Shown here one piece after another: positions 8,118 to 17,382 of a stretch of DNA of 36,642 nt. The stretch covers positions 1 through 36,642 of the IMG/VR virus record IMGVR_UViG_3300049009_000073. One strand, given 5' to 3'. The stretch is from a virus (Duplodnaviria > Caudoviricetes). Numbering within the stretch: position 1 is the first letter of the stretch; every line of letters begins with the position of its first letter. The translations under genes were made by a program, and so were the position numbers. The notes beneath the pieces are model-generated. The model had not been told where the DNA came from. It did not search any database and saw nothing but the letters and a program-made list of their open reading frames with translations.

Positions 8118-8289
8118 CGCGTTCCTCCATCATGGCTTCGGCAAGTGTGTATGCGTCTAAGGCCAGACCTTCCATCCAACCTTGTGGGTCTACGCTGTCT
8201 AAATCTTTTGCTAGGAAATTAGCTATGAGTGCAGGCAGGGCTTGTGCGGCGAAATAATCGCGCAATGTCATCTCGGAAATGTTGTTCAT
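8104..8289 (-). CDS. Small conserved-type phage protein (61 aa, MTLRDYFAAQAL motif)
   Basis: AAAGGA RBS places the start at 8289; LRDYFAA...AYTLAEAMM pattern is common in phage small proteins. Confidence 0.8.
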   Translation of the reverse strand: MNNISEMTLRDYFAAQALPALIANFLAKDLDSVDPQGWMEGLALDAYTLAEAMMEERDVAQ

Positions 8290-8318
8290 TTGACTGTCCT
8301 TTATTAAATTGAACTTGA

Positions 8319-8351
8319 ATGTTAGCACAAAAAATAAAAGTGTGTTAAACT
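8319..8351. promoter_or_regulatory. Overlapping divergent sigma70-type promoters
   Basis: Plus strand TTAGCA-18nt-TAAACT; minus strand TTAACA-18nt-TAACAT. Both have a TGn extended -10 and sit in the AT-rich gap between divergent operons. Confidence 0.65.
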
Positions 8352-8358
8352 TTTTGAC

Positions 8359-8646
8359 ATGAAAGAAAAAGAAATTGAAATTTATTTTGATTGGGCTGTG
8401 CAGCGCGTCGGTGGCCGAACTTGGAAGTTTACTTCGCCCGGACGCAAAGGTGTAGCAGACCGCATTGCGTGTTTACCCGATGGCCAGACGTGGTTTGTGG
8501 AATTGAAAACCAAAGGCGGCAGATTGTCAGAACTGCAAAAATTATTTCAAACAGAGATGGCGCTACTGCGTCAGAACTACGCATGTTTGTGGACTAAGGA
8601 ACAAATTGATGGTTTCATTACGACCGTATCAAGAGACAGCCGCTGA
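8359..8646 (+). CDS. VRR-NUC domain nuclease
   Basis: EKEIE...KFTSPGRKGVADRI...FVELKTKGGRLSELQ. Confidence 0.9.
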   Translation: MKEKEIEIYFDWAVQRVGGRTWKFTSPGRKGVADRIACLPDGQTWFVELKTKGGRLSELQKLFQTEMALLRQNYACLWTKEQIDGFITTVSRDSR

Positions 8647-9928
8647 CTTTCTCTTTGAGCATGACCGCGCCATGATCTTGGCGCCAGTGGGTGCGGGTAA
8701 GACCGCCATCACACTGACGGCCATGTGGGAAATGATCCGCGACGGCCACGTCAAGCGCTGGCTGGTGCTGGCGCCCAAGCGCGTCTGCACCGACGTGTGG
8801 CCAGTCGAGCGCCCCAAATGGGCAGACCGCTTGAGCATGAATTTGTGCGTTGGGACACCAAAACAGCGATTAGACGCCCTTAAAAGCCCCGCCCAAGTGG
8901 TTGTGACCAACTACGACAACTTGCAGTGGCTGGCCGATCAAAAGCTGAACTTTGATGGCGTGGTGTTTGACGAACTGACGCGGCTCAAAAATCCATCAGG
9001 CACGCGCTTCAAAGCGTTCCTCAAAGTGGTTGACCCCATGACCGTGCGCTGGGGCTTGACTGGCTCGTTTACTAGCAACGGCCTTGAAGACGTCTTTGGC
9101 CAGTGCAAGATTGTTGACCAAAGCCTGCTGGGGCGCAGCAAAGGCGCGTTCATGCAGACGTACTTTGTGCTGATCAACAAGGAGTTTGGCGAATGGTCGC
9201 CTAGAGTGGGGTCGCTTGAGAAGGTAATGAACGTAATCAAGCCTGCCACATTTGTCTTGGAGGCAGGTGAGTATAAGGACAAGTTGCCGCCTTTGCACAC
9301 TGTTGAGTTGGCCTGCACCATGGATCTGACGCCGTACAACACGATGAAGAAAGACTTTGTGCTGGAAGGCATCACTGCGGTTAACGCCGCCGTTGTCACG
9401 GGCAAGCTACAACAACTGGCGTCAGGTTTTGTTTACGACACGACGACCACGCCGTCAGAGTCGCCGGGCAAATTTGTATCCAGCCAGCGTCCAATTTGGT
9501 ACAGCATGCACAAGTTTGAAAGACTAGAGGAATTATTAGATGAAAACCAACGCACTAATACCATACTTGTTTACAACTACCAAGAAGAACTGGCCGAACT
9601 CAAGCGACGATTTAACGTCGCCACGCTCGACGACGCCAATGCTATTGAGCGCTGGAACGCCGGCAAGATTCGACTATTGGCCGTGCACCCGAAATCAGCA
9701 GGTCACGGGCTTAACTTGCAGCATGGGGGCTGTCACATGGTCTTTCTGTCCTTGCCGTGGAGTCTCGAACTTTACGAGCAGACCATCGGACGTCTGCACC
9801 GATCCGGCCAAGAGCATCCCGTGTGGTGCTACGTCATGCTGACCAGCAAAACGGTGGATGAAAAAATTTGGGCAGCCTTGCATGACAAGCGCGCCATATC
9901 GGACATTGCAATGGAGGAACTGAAATGA
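8609..9928 (+). CDS. SNF2-like superfamily 2 helicase
   Basis: LRPYQ, GAGKT, DELT, LTGS, HPKSAGHGLNLQ, QTIGRLHRSGQ. ATG at 8609 follows AAGGA. Confidence 0.92.
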   Translation: MVSLRPYQETAADFLFEHDRAMILAPVGAGKTAITLTAMWEMIRDGHVKRWLVLAPKRVCTDVWPVERPKWADRLSMNLCVGTPKQRLDALKSPAQVVVTNYDNLQWLADQKLNFDGVVFDELTRLKNPSGTRFKAFLKVVDPMTVRWGLTGSFTSNGLEDVFGQCKIVDQSLLGRSKGAFMQTYFVLINKEFGEWSPRVGSLEKVMNVIKPATFVLEAGEYKDKLPPLHTVELACTMDLTPYNTMKKDFVLEGITAVNAAVVTGKLQQLASGFVYDTTTTPSESPGKFVSSQRPIWYSMHKFERLEELLDENQRTNTILVYNYQEELAELKRRFNVATLDDANAIERWNAGKIRLLAVHPKSAGHGLNLQHGGCHMVFLSLPWSLELYEQTIGRLHRSGQEHPVWCYVMLTSKTVDEKIWAALHDKRAISDIAMEELK

Positions 9929-10062
9929 GTGAACATGAGTATTTAAGGCTGGTTGAGAAGCTGGCCAGTGAATTGGTCAGGGCGTTTAACAGCAGCCTTG
10001 ACTACAACGCGTGGGACAAAGCGCTAGACGCGCTTGAAGCCGTGCTGAAGGAGAAGCAATGA
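9925..10062 (+). CDS. Hypothetical protein (45 aa, MSEHEYLRL...LKEKQ)
   Basis: Translated by hand; GGAGG RBS; ATGA overlaps at both ends. Confidence 0.75.
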   Translation: MSEHEYLRLVEKLASELVRAFNSSLDYNAWDKALDALEAVLKEKQ

Positions 10063-10154
10063 CTTGGCCATTTCCACCATTTCCAAACCCCAAGGACAAA
10101 GGCACCAACGTGCCTAAGTTCAACCCTGACAATTATGAGGACGCGCCCAGATGA
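10059..10154 (+). CDS. Pro-rich micropeptide (31 aa, MTWPFPPFPNPKDKG...YEDAPR)
   Basis: Translated by hand; AAGGAG RBS; ATGA overlaps at both ends. Confidence 0.7.
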   Translation: MTWPFPPFPNPKDKGTNVPKFNPDNYEDAPR

Positions 10155-10312
10155 AACGAATTGACCAATGGAAATCCAAACTGAAGGTGGCCAAAGCCGA
10201 GTTGCGCATCAGAGGCCGCGAAGCCAACGCCGCCGCCCGCGCTGTCGTGCGCGTACATACGACAATCACACAACTGGAGAAGAAAATTGACAAACACTTG
10301 GCGAAGCCTTAA
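10151..10312 (+). CDS. Basic coiled-coil hypothetical protein (53 aa, MKRIDQWKSK...)
   Basis: Translated by hand; GAGGA RBS; ATGA overlap. Confidence 0.7.
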   Translation: MKRIDQWKSKLKVAKAELRIRGREANAAARAVVRVHTTITQLEKKIDKHLAKP

Positions 10313-10475
10313 CAGCCAATTAAGCAGGATGAGCGAGGAAGACGTGCTCAGGCTGCTCAACGAGGAACGTGTGGGCGCTAAACGCGTCAGCATGCTTGAG
10401 CGCCTTCACCAGCGCTATAACACCCTGCGCGTAGCGCGGGAAAGATTAGAACTACTTAAAGGAGCAACACAATGA
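10287..10475 (+). CDS. Hypothetical protein (62 aa)
   Basis: ORF track; TTG start with GGAG upstream. Confidence 0.7.
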   Translation: MTNTWRSLNSQLSRMSEEDVLRLLNEERVGAKRVSMLERLHQRYNTLRVARERLELLKGATQ

Positions 10476-10663
10476 TCAACTGGACACCCCCAGAAGGCAC
10501 CAAAGTGACCTACCCAAGCAAGAGTCTGCAAGACCGTGCATTTAACTACCAGCGCGGCTCAGACGTGCAGGCGCTCTGGCGTGAGCATGGCTGGACGCCA
10601 CCCAGCGAAGGCATGACACCACCACCGCCTGAGAAAGCGTTTGAACTTAGGAGAGTCAGGTAA
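10472..10663 (+). CDS. Hypothetical protein (63 aa)
   Basis: ORF track; AAGGAG RBS; ATGA overlap. Confidence 0.75.
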   Translation: MINWTPPEGTKVTYPSKSLQDRAFNYQRGSDVQALWREHGWTPPSEGMTPPPPEKAFELRRVR

Positions 10664-10855
10664 ATGCCACGCCCCAAGCCACCTGAACCCCTACTAGGAC
10701 GACAAGTCCGAATGTCAGATAGACACTGGATGATCTTGCAAGAACTCGGCGGCGCCGAATGGCTGCGCAAGCAGTTGGACAAGAACGCCAAGATGCCGGC
10801 CAAGTATTACCGACGCGAACTGGACGCACCATCTAAAAAGGAAACCAATGATTAA
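10664..10855 (+). CDS. Putative ribbon-helix-helix DNA-binding protein (63 aa)
   Basis: MPRPK...RQVRMSDRHWMILQELGGAEWLRKQLD: beta strand plus two helices; AGGAG RBS. Confidence 0.55.
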   Translation: MPRPKPPEPLLGRQVRMSDRHWMILQELGGAEWLRKQLDKNAKMPAKYYRRELDAPSKKETND

Positions 10856-11039
10856 ACAAAGCGGCTGGCGCAAGCGCCAAATTCAGATGCCCAAGTTTGA
10901 CATTTGGGAACGCGAGACGTTGGTTGACTTTGCCGGCGAGTGCTATGTCAAACTGTGCGAACAGGATGACATTATTCAGCAGTTGCAGTGCGATCTGAAG
11001 ACGGCCATAGAGGCGTACCGAGCGTTAGTTAAGGAATAA
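10848..11039 (+). CDS. Hypothetical protein (63 aa)
   Basis: ORF track; AAGGA RBS; C-terminal coiled coil. Confidence 0.7.
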   Translation: MIKQSGWRKRQIQMPKFDIWERETLVDFAGECYVKLCEQDDIIQQLQCDLKTAIEAYRALVKE

Positions 11040-11501
11040 GGCGCGTTCGTCTATGCGGCGGTTTTGCAAGCCTTTTAAAACCTTGCCAGCCGCCATGCAG
11101 TATTTCAAAAGTTCTTCGGCAGTGCCCTCTTTATCGCCCCGAAGCAACTTCTGACGAAGCGTCGAACGCTGGAGTGTTCCCAGACCGACGTTAAAACTAA
11201 AAGACACAAGGCCATCAAACATACCTTGCGTAAGGGGTACTGGGCAGAAACGCTCCACACCTCGCTCAAAACGGTCAAGATCAGCCCTGAGAATTCCATT
11301 TACTTCGTCTTTGGTAAACGTCCGGTTATCTTCAGAATGAAGCGCGTAAGCGCCCCTTTCAGGTAATAGTATTTTGATTTGATTCGGATAAAGAACATGG
11401 CCTACTCCTATTGTCCACAGCTTTGCTGGGCACTGGTATGGTTTAAATCGAACACCCTCATGGTGCTTGATCATCTCAATGGCTTTGGGCGAGACATTCA
11501 T
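11025..11501 (-). CDS. Endolysin, GH24 phage lysozyme
   Basis: HEGVRFKPYQCPAKLWTIGVGH, FDGLVSFSFNVG, GLQNRRIDERALF. Confidence 0.95.
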   Translation of the reverse strand: MNVSPKAIEMIKHHEGVRFKPYQCPAKLWTIGVGHVLYPNQIKILLPERGAYALHSEDNRTFTKDEVNGILRADLDRFERGVERFCPVPLTQGMFDGLVSFSFNVGLGTLQRSTLRQKLLRGDKEGTAEELLKYCMAAGKVLKGLQNRRIDERALFLN

Positions 11502-12013
11502 TTGCCAAACGCCCGGCCACCAAAGTGGAAAGCTATGATGGACGCAAACAACGCCTGCGTTTCAGAGTCCCACAGCATCTCTAACAAGTCGTTAAAAGGG
11601 ACAGACATATAGTATCCATACCAGAAGCCCCCAATATCCACAAAGACTAGCAGCAAGAAGAATCCATAGGTAATAACAGGTCGCACACTCGCTCTGAGGT
11701 TTTTCATCCATGTTGACGTCCCTTCATTCAAACTGGTGTCATGCGCATAGATGGCCTGCATCTCGGCCTGCTGGGCGCCAATGATAGCCTGACCAGTGGC
11801 GGCGGCGCTTTCAGTTTCTAACTGCTCAGTGCGGATATGCTCAATGCGCTCTTGCGCCTCAAAGCCAGCCTTGCGCAATTCCAATTCGCGCTCAATTTGC
11901 ATCCGCGCCAGCGCCAATTCGTGCATCTTGTCGGATCGGTCTTGAAAGAACTCCAACAGTTTGGGCAGACCGCCCATTAGAAAAGAGATCAGAGTTGATA
12001 GTAGAGTTAACAT
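11498..12013 (-). CDS. Putative holin (3-TM, GTA-holin-like)
   Basis: N-terminal hydrophobic helix, coiled coil, LRASVRPVITY TM segment, IIAFHFGGR C-terminus; adjacent to the endolysin. Confidence 0.7.
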   Translation of the reverse strand: MLTLLSTLISFLMGGLPKLLEFFQDRSDKMHELALARMQIERELELRKAGFEAQERIEHIRTEQLETESAAATGQAIIGAQQAEMQAIYAHDTSLNEGTSTWMKNLRASVRPVITYGFFLLLVFVDIGGFWYGYYMSVPFNDLLEMLWDSETQALFASIIAFHFGGRAFGK

Positions 12014-12285
12014 TTTTTATCCTTGTCTTCATTCTGCATGAGTTTGATACCACTTAGGAACCCAATCATGCCGCCGATAAGAGTAGAAAACGCGGGTGAA
12101 ATCATCTTGAAGATTTCGGCGTTGTCCACTTCCTTTGCCCACAAACCAAGCATAAAGCTGATTACCATTGCCAATACGGAGATGCACAGGGTGCTGCTGA
12201 CCATGAGCGTAACCCACAGCGTCAACTTTTCTTTTGTTTCCAACTGAGGTTTCCTGACTGGTCTTGGTATCGGCTTCTTGGTCAT
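12007..12285 (-). CDS. Two-TM membrane protein
   Basis: Two hydrophobic segments and a basic N-terminus; inside the lysis region. Confidence 0.75.
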   Translation of the reverse strand: MTKKPIPRPVRKPQLETKEKLTLWVTLMVSSTLCISVLAMVISFMLGLWAKEVDNAEIFKMISPAFSTLIGGMIGFLSGIKLMQNEDKDKKC

Positions 12286-12521
12286 ACATATATGTCCAGC
12301 TTACGGTTGGTAAAAATCTCAAGGCTAAGTTGGTTGCGCTGCGCTTTCTTTACGTACAACTCAAACTCAAGAGCGTCAATTTTCTCATCCATTTTCCTCA
12401 TCTTGACCGCCTGTTTGTATTCTTCAGTCAAGCGTTCTGCCCTGCGCTCAAGCGCATCTGTCTTGGTTGGGTAGCCCTCTGGCTGAACCATTGGGTACCA
12501 TTTGTACAAAGGCGGGATCAT
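12282..12521 (-). CDS. Hypothetical protein (79 aa)
   Basis: ATGA overlaps with both neighbours. Confidence 0.7.
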   Translation of the reverse strand: MIPPLYKWYPMVQPEGYPTKTDALERRAERLTEEYKQAVKMRKMDEKIDALEFELYVKKAQRNQLSLEIFTNRKLDIYV

Positions 12522-12805
12522 TTCTTTTCGCGCTCAAGTGCATCTTTGTATCCATGTACTATCTTTGCCCTAAGCCACGTAGAATCCGACGCCCCTGCCC
12601 ACTCGGACAGATTATTCCAGATAACCGTGTAATCCGTTGACTTGCAATGCTGGGCGTTCTGATCTAGCCACACTAACATTTCTTTGTGACGCAGTGTAGG
12701 GTCGTGGACGGTATAGGCTATCCCATAGAATTCGCGGATATGGCAACCATTTTTGGCTACGGCTCCGACCAGCCCTAACAGCAGTAAGAGTAGGAGCCAG
12801 CGCAT
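12518..12805 (-). CDS. Putative exported protein (95 aa) with signal peptide and two Cys
   Basis: MRWLLLLLLLGLVGAVA signal-like N-terminus. Confidence 0.75.
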   Translation of the reverse strand: MRWLLLLLLLGLVGAVAKNGCHIREFYGIAYTVHDPTLRHKEMLVWLDQNAQHCKSTDYTVIWNNLSEWAGASDSTWLRAKIVHGYKDALEREKK

Positions 12806-13027
12806 TCATTTGTCTACTTTGTTGTCCAGTTTGTCAAATATCTTGCCAAGCATTTCTTTAACGTCGCGCATGTCAGCGCGGTAGTCGTCGCGGCTAACGT
12901 AGTTCAACGGCATAGCCCGCACGTCAGTGTCAAGGCGCTCAAGGGATCGGTAGATGTTGTTGAGTATCCAACCACCTAAAAACCCCGCCAGACTAACGGC
13001 GATGTTGAATAGAACTTGAGAGTCCAT
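12806..13027 (-). CDS. Single-TM coiled-coil protein (lysis-associated or holin-like)
   Basis: N-terminal TM (VLFNIAVSLAGFLGGWIL), then YVSRDDY...IFDKLDNKVDK. Confidence 0.75.
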   Translation of the reverse strand: MDSQVLFNIAVSLAGFLGGWILNNIYRSLERLDTDVRAMPLNYVSRDDYRADMRDVKEMLGKIFDKLDNKVDK

Positions 13028-15279
13028 TACCGAGCCAATGCATTTTGGTTTTCAGGTTCAGCGCGACGCGACATTTCTGCCCCAAGCGCGCGCGTGCCAG
13101 CCAATCCTGCGGCAGTACCGGCGCCAGGCGTGGCCGCACGACGAGCAGCTTGCAATTTGATAGCGGCTTCAATTTGATCAGCGGCTACAGCGGGGCTAGT
13201 TAACTCCCGCGCAATTTCTAGCGCAATCTTGTCGTCCATGCGCAATGCAAGGCGTTTAACAACATTGTTAAAAACAGTGATTGGCACAGATAAAAAGTTT
13301 GGTAATGGCAAACCAGCCTCTTGGCCAGTTTTGGTAGCTAAATTTTTAATATTAGCACCGGCGGCGGCGCCTGCTTTTACCAAACGCTGATATTCACCTT
13401 CACGCAATAGATCTTGCCTTACTGCGTTTACGTGGCTAAGTTGTTCAGGCGTAAAACTTCTAGTCAATTCACCAATTCGTTGCTCAACTGCAAGCGCGTT
13501 AACGCCCGCTGGCAAAGCGGGTCCTAATTTGTTACCGCTAGCTTTTGCAAGTTCATCGATTTTTGCCAAGCGCGCGGCGTCTTTTGCAACAACACCAACG
13601 CGCTGCGTAATATTCATGCCTGCACCATCAAGAATTTTAAGCGGCTCTGCGTATTTTTTCATAAACGCGGCGTGCGACTCAGGTGTTACGCGGCCAGCCG
13701 CATCTGTTACTTCGCGGCGGTATAAGTCTTCAATACCCGTGCGGGCAATCTTCATTGCGTCTGGGTTTTTGTCAAACAAACGCAAAAAGTCTTTAGCTTC
13801 ACTTTCACCCTTGGGTTGAAAATATTTGCTGACAACGTCCTCTGGTTTGATCTTAGTTTCTTGCAAGTTTGTTTGCTTAAACAAATTAGCGTTGATACCT
13901 TCTTTAAAGCGCGGCGCGTATTGTGTGCGGTAAGTGTCTAGCGCGCCCTTGTACAAGGTCTTGGCTTCGTCAGGTAAAGTAGTGCTTGACTTAACCGCGT
14001 CGTCAATTGCAGCATGTAACTGCTTTAGATTGCGCAGCGTTGTCGCCGCCATGGGCGCGTTGCTGGACGCCGCCGCCGCAATGTCTGCGTTAATGGCTTT
14101 GCGAACATCATCAAGTTGCAAAAGAGTTGCTTCTGGCGTTGCGGGAGGCGGTGTGGGCGCTCTTGCAGTTTTAAAGCCTGCTTTACCAACAGTGACTGCT
14201 TCCGCTTCAGGCACAGAAGGCACAAACCCGCGCAGTTTACGCACGGTATCCGGCGCGGTTTCAGTGGCAAAACTTGACAACTTACGATCAAGAATACGTT
14301 CAGCTTCGCTGACAACTTTTGATACGTCAATCTTTACATCGCCAGCGGCTTCAAACGCCGCATCATAGGCGGGTTTTATTACTTTTGTTTTGATTGCGTT
14401 TTGTTCAGCCTTGGCCGCGTCAATCAACGCGCTGCCAACTTCGCCAGGCGTCACGTTAACTAACCCGCGATCAATTTTTGCTTGGATGCGTTGCTTAGAC
14501 GCGTCAAATTTGGCCACCGCACGCGCTTCTTGTTCTTGACGAGCAACAATGTTTTGCGCTTCTTTGCCTGCGTAAATATCCGCAGTGCCTGGCACTTGAC
14601 GGGCGCGCGATTGCAATACTGATAGCCCTACGCTACCCGCAGGCGCGGCGACTTCGCCAGCAGTTGGTGATGTGCCAGGGACGATTTGTACGCGGCCACG
14701 CAATGCGTTAACAATTTCTTCACCTTTATCGCCAACAGCTTTAAGGTATTGATCAAGTTTGATGTTTTTAAGTTTGTTTGCGTACTCAGCGCCTTTGGTA
14801 ATGACAGGGCTTACAACGCCGCGTCCAAAGGCTTCCATTGTTGCGCCCTCAAGCACGTTCTTTGCTTGTCGTGTGGCGGCTTGTGGCAATGTTTCCCCAC
14901 CACTTTCGCCAGCGGCCAGACGCAACAACTCTTTAGCGCCCGCATAGCCTGCGCCTGCGCCAGCTACAGTGCCCAACGGGCCTGCGCCAGACCCGACAAA
15001 CGCCCCGCCAGCGCTGCCTAGCGCCTCAACAGCAGGCGCAACAAACTCTACTTGTTCTTTGCGTGGCTTGGTTGCAAGCGTTGCGCCCATCTCAAACGGC
15101 GCAGACAGTATGTCAAACATACCGGCTTTGCCTCGCGTGGCAGGGACCGCAGCGGGCTTAGGCGCGGCGCCAAAAGTTTGGGCTGCAAATGCTTCTATTT
15201 GAGTAGGCGTTGCGTCATCAGGCCCTTCAAAGACATGAACCGCACCATCTGGACCTTGAACGCGGTATTTGGTAGCCAT
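13027..15279 (-). CDS. Large internal virion/DNA ejection protein (P22 gp16 position)
   Basis: 750 aa, Ala-rich and helical; last of three genes after the tail genes. Assigned by gene order. Confidence 0.7.
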   Translation of the reverse strand: MATKYRVQGPDGAVHVFEGPDDATPTQIEAFAAQTFGAAPKPAAVPATRGKAGMFDILSAPFEMGATLATKPRKEQVEFVAPAVEALGSAGGAFVGSGAGPLGTVAGAGAGYAGAKELLRLAAGESGGETLPQAATRQAKNVLEGATMEAFGRGVVSPVITKGAEYANKLKNIKLDQYLKAVGDKGEEIVNALRGRVQIVPGTSPTAGEVAAPAGSVGLSVLQSRARQVPGTADIYAGKEAQNIVARQEQEARAVAKFDASKQRIQAKIDRGLVNVTPGEVGSALIDAAKAEQNAIKTKVIKPAYDAAFEAAGDVKIDVSKVVSEAERILDRKLSSFATETAPDTVRKLRGFVPSVPEAEAVTVGKAGFKTARAPTPPPATPEATLLQLDDVRKAINADIAAAASSNAPMAATTLRNLKQLHAAIDDAVKSSTTLPDEAKTLYKGALDTYRTQYAPRFKEGINANLFKQTNLQETKIKPEDVVSKYFQPKGESEAKDFLRLFDKNPDAMKIARTGIEDLYRREVTDAAGRVTPESHAAFMKKYAEPLKILDGAGMNITQRVGVVAKDAARLAKIDELAKASGNKLGPALPAGVNALAVEQRIGELTRSFTPEQLSHVNAVRQDLLREGEYQRLVKAGAAAGANIKNLATKTGQEAGLPLPNFLSVPITVFNNVVKRLALRMDDKIALEIARELTSPAVAADQIEAAIKLQAARRAATPGAGTAAGLAGTRALGAEMSRRAEPENQNALAR

Positions 15280-16649
15280 TATCCACCCTCTTTTCCAAGA
15301 TATTTAAAACCGCCAGTGCCTGCGGCAGGGGCGTTGCCGCCGGGTGCTTTTGGTGCTGGTAAATCACGGAACTGAGGAAAGCGCTCAAAATCTTCAGCGC
15401 GCGACTTTTCATATGTATCACGGATACGCGCCGCCGCGCCTTGGGCTTGCTCTTCTAACAATGCAATTTGCTCAAGCAACGGCCCTTTACCTTTAACTTC
15501 ATCTAGCACTGCAATTTGATCAGCCAAAATTTTCCATTCTTGATTGGCGATAGATCCGATTGCGCCCGACATGGCCGCTGTCGCTTTGCCTAGCGCGGTT
15601 ACTTTACCGCGTAAGTTAGCCAAACGTGTTTCCGCTTGCGCTGCGCCGCCTTCAGGGAACGAAGGCAAAAATTTACCTGTAAAGCCTGTGGCTGCGGATA
15701 GCCCTGGTGATGTTTTTACCGCATCAGCAGAAGTTAATAAATCATCTATTTGCGACAATGCAGTCGACGCGGCTTTGTAATCTTTAGCAACGGCAGCACG
15801 CAATTGGACTGCTTGTCCTTCTGTCAAAGGTTTTAAAGCAGGCGCATTAGATGCGGGTTGCATTCTGTTGCGCAACGCTTCTTCACGGCTGACAAATATG
15901 GCCTGCTTTGTTATTGGATCAATAACCGCAACCGGCGGTTGTTCGGCGCGAGGTTGGGCCGGTGGCCGGCTTTGCCGTGCAATTTCTATCTTTTGCGCTT
16001 GCACGTTGGCGGGCAAAGGCAAATCTGCGTATGACCCAACTGTGGTAGGCGTGCCGCTAAATGCAGGCACTTGCACAATATCTGTACCGCCGCTACGGTT
16101 GACTGTCTGCGTTGAGGGTTTTAATTCGCTTGCGCTAGCACCTTGAGCCGCAAGATATGCTTGGCGTTGCTCAAAAGGAATTGCCAACAGAGTCTGTTGT
16201 GTAACTAAAGCCTTTGCTTTTTCTTCTGGGGAAAACAAAGGCGACGCTTGAATGTCTTCTGTGTGCGCGGTAATGTTGGCGTCCGATGGGCGGCCACTAA
16301 TGTCACGCAGGGCTTGACCTAACACTTGTTGTTTTGCTTTGGCTGCCGTAGCAAGGCTAGACGACGTTGCGGCTCTGCTTGCTTCTGTTGCGGCTTGTTC
16401 TTTTCGAAAGTTAATACCTAACTGAGGGCTAACTTTAAACAGTTGGCTTTCGTAATCAGCCGCTGTTGGGTCTAGCCTGCGCAGCATATTTTTTTCTTGC
16501 GCAGCCGCTTCGGCTTCGCGCATTTGAAGTTGCGCCATAGCATTTTGATTTTGCGCGTTTTGAATTTGAGAATATTGCGCAAGCGCGTTAAGAGGGTTTT
16601 GCAACTCAACGCTGCGAACGCCTAACGCAATATTTGGATCAATAGCCAT
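15279..16649 (-). CDS. Internal virion/DNA ejection protein (P22 gp20 position)
   Basis: 456 aa, Gln/Ala-rich. Assigned by gene order. Confidence 0.7.
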   Translation of the reverse strand: MAIDPNIALGVRSVELQNPLNALAQYSQIQNAQNQNAMAQLQMREAEAAAQEKNMLRRLDPTAADYESQLFKVSPQLGINFRKEQAATEASRAATSSSLATAAKAKQQVLGQALRDISGRPSDANITAHTEDIQASPLFSPEEKAKALVTQQTLLAIPFEQRQAYLAAQGASASELKPSTQTVNRSGGTDIVQVPAFSGTPTTVGSYADLPLPANVQAQKIEIARQSRPPAQPRAEQPPVAVIDPITKQAIFVSREEALRNRMQPASNAPALKPLTEGQAVQLRAAVAKDYKAASTALSQIDDLLTSADAVKTSPGLSAATGFTGKFLPSFPEGGAAQAETRLANLRGKVTALGKATAAMSGAIGSIANQEWKILADQIAVLDEVKGKGPLLEQIALLEEQAQGAAARIRDTYEKSRAEDFERFPQFRDLPAPKAPGGNAPAAGTGGFKYLGKEGG

Positions 16650-16652
16650 ATC

Positions 16653-17381
16653 TTATCCATTCAAATAATATTGATCAGCCAACTGCGCGTTGCTTGGGCT
16701 AGTAGACTGAGGCAACAAACGGTTCATTAAATTCTGGCTTTGCGTGTAATTCATGTACTGACCTAAACCACTTGTCAAAGCGTTAGCGCCACCAACATAA
16801 CCAGATGCGCGAGCCGCGCCGCCACTAGTCATTAGATTGCCTGCGTTAGTGCCATAGTTAGCCGCAGCAGTGCCCATGGTATTGGTGGCAGTTTGGCCGG
16901 CGCCCATCAGACTTTGCAAGGGTTGCAACTGGTTGGCGCGGTTAGTCTGGTAGCGGTTAAACGCATTAGTAAACTCTTGCGATCCCATCTCTTGACCGTA
17001 ACGCTGTGCAGCCTTTAAAGCGCCGCCAGAGATCAGACCGCCACGGGCGGCGGCTTGACGATCAAGCGCTTTCTGACCTTCGGCCAATCTAAATGCGTAG
17101 CCTGGGTCTTGCTGAAAATCTTGCGTGCCAAAGTCTCTGGTGTAGCGACCAAAGTCTGCGCCTTCTGCGCCGCCAGGCAAGCCAAAGTAAGTCAACAACT
17201 TATTTTGCGCAGCTAGGCCGCCTTGACGAAATGGTTCTTGAAGCCTGTTTTGCTCCTCAAACATTTGTTTTTGAAGTTCGCCTGCGCGGTCTGTTGCGGC
17301 GGCTTGTGTGTTTGCAGCGCTTTTAGAAGCGCTTGCACCGAGTAAGGCGCTTCCACCAATTGCTAGGGCCATCCATGGCAT
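16653..17381 (-). CDS. DNA transfer/ejection protein, P22 gp7-like
   Basis: Gly/Ala/Gln-rich; hydrophobic N-terminus; DPGYAFRL...AAARGGLISGGALKA motif. Confidence 0.8.
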   Translation of the reverse strand: MPWMALAIGGSALLGASASKSAANTQAAATDRAGELQKQMFEEQNRLQEPFRQGGLAAQNKLLTYFGLPGGAEGADFGRYTRDFGTQDFQQDPGYAFRLAEGQKALDRQAAARGGLISGGALKAAQRYGQEMGSQEFTNAFNRYQTNRANQLQPLQSLMGAGQTATNTMGTAAANYGTNAGNLMTSGGAARASGYVGGANALTSGLGQYMNYTQSQNLMNRLLPQSTSPSNAQLADQYYLNG

Positions 17382-17382
17382 A

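Noticed and set aside
11400-11465. Inactive lysozyme because Cys replaces the Asp of the E-X8-D-X5-T triad
   Set aside because: Cys at this position is a known variant in active GH24 phage lysozymes; Glu and Thr are intact.
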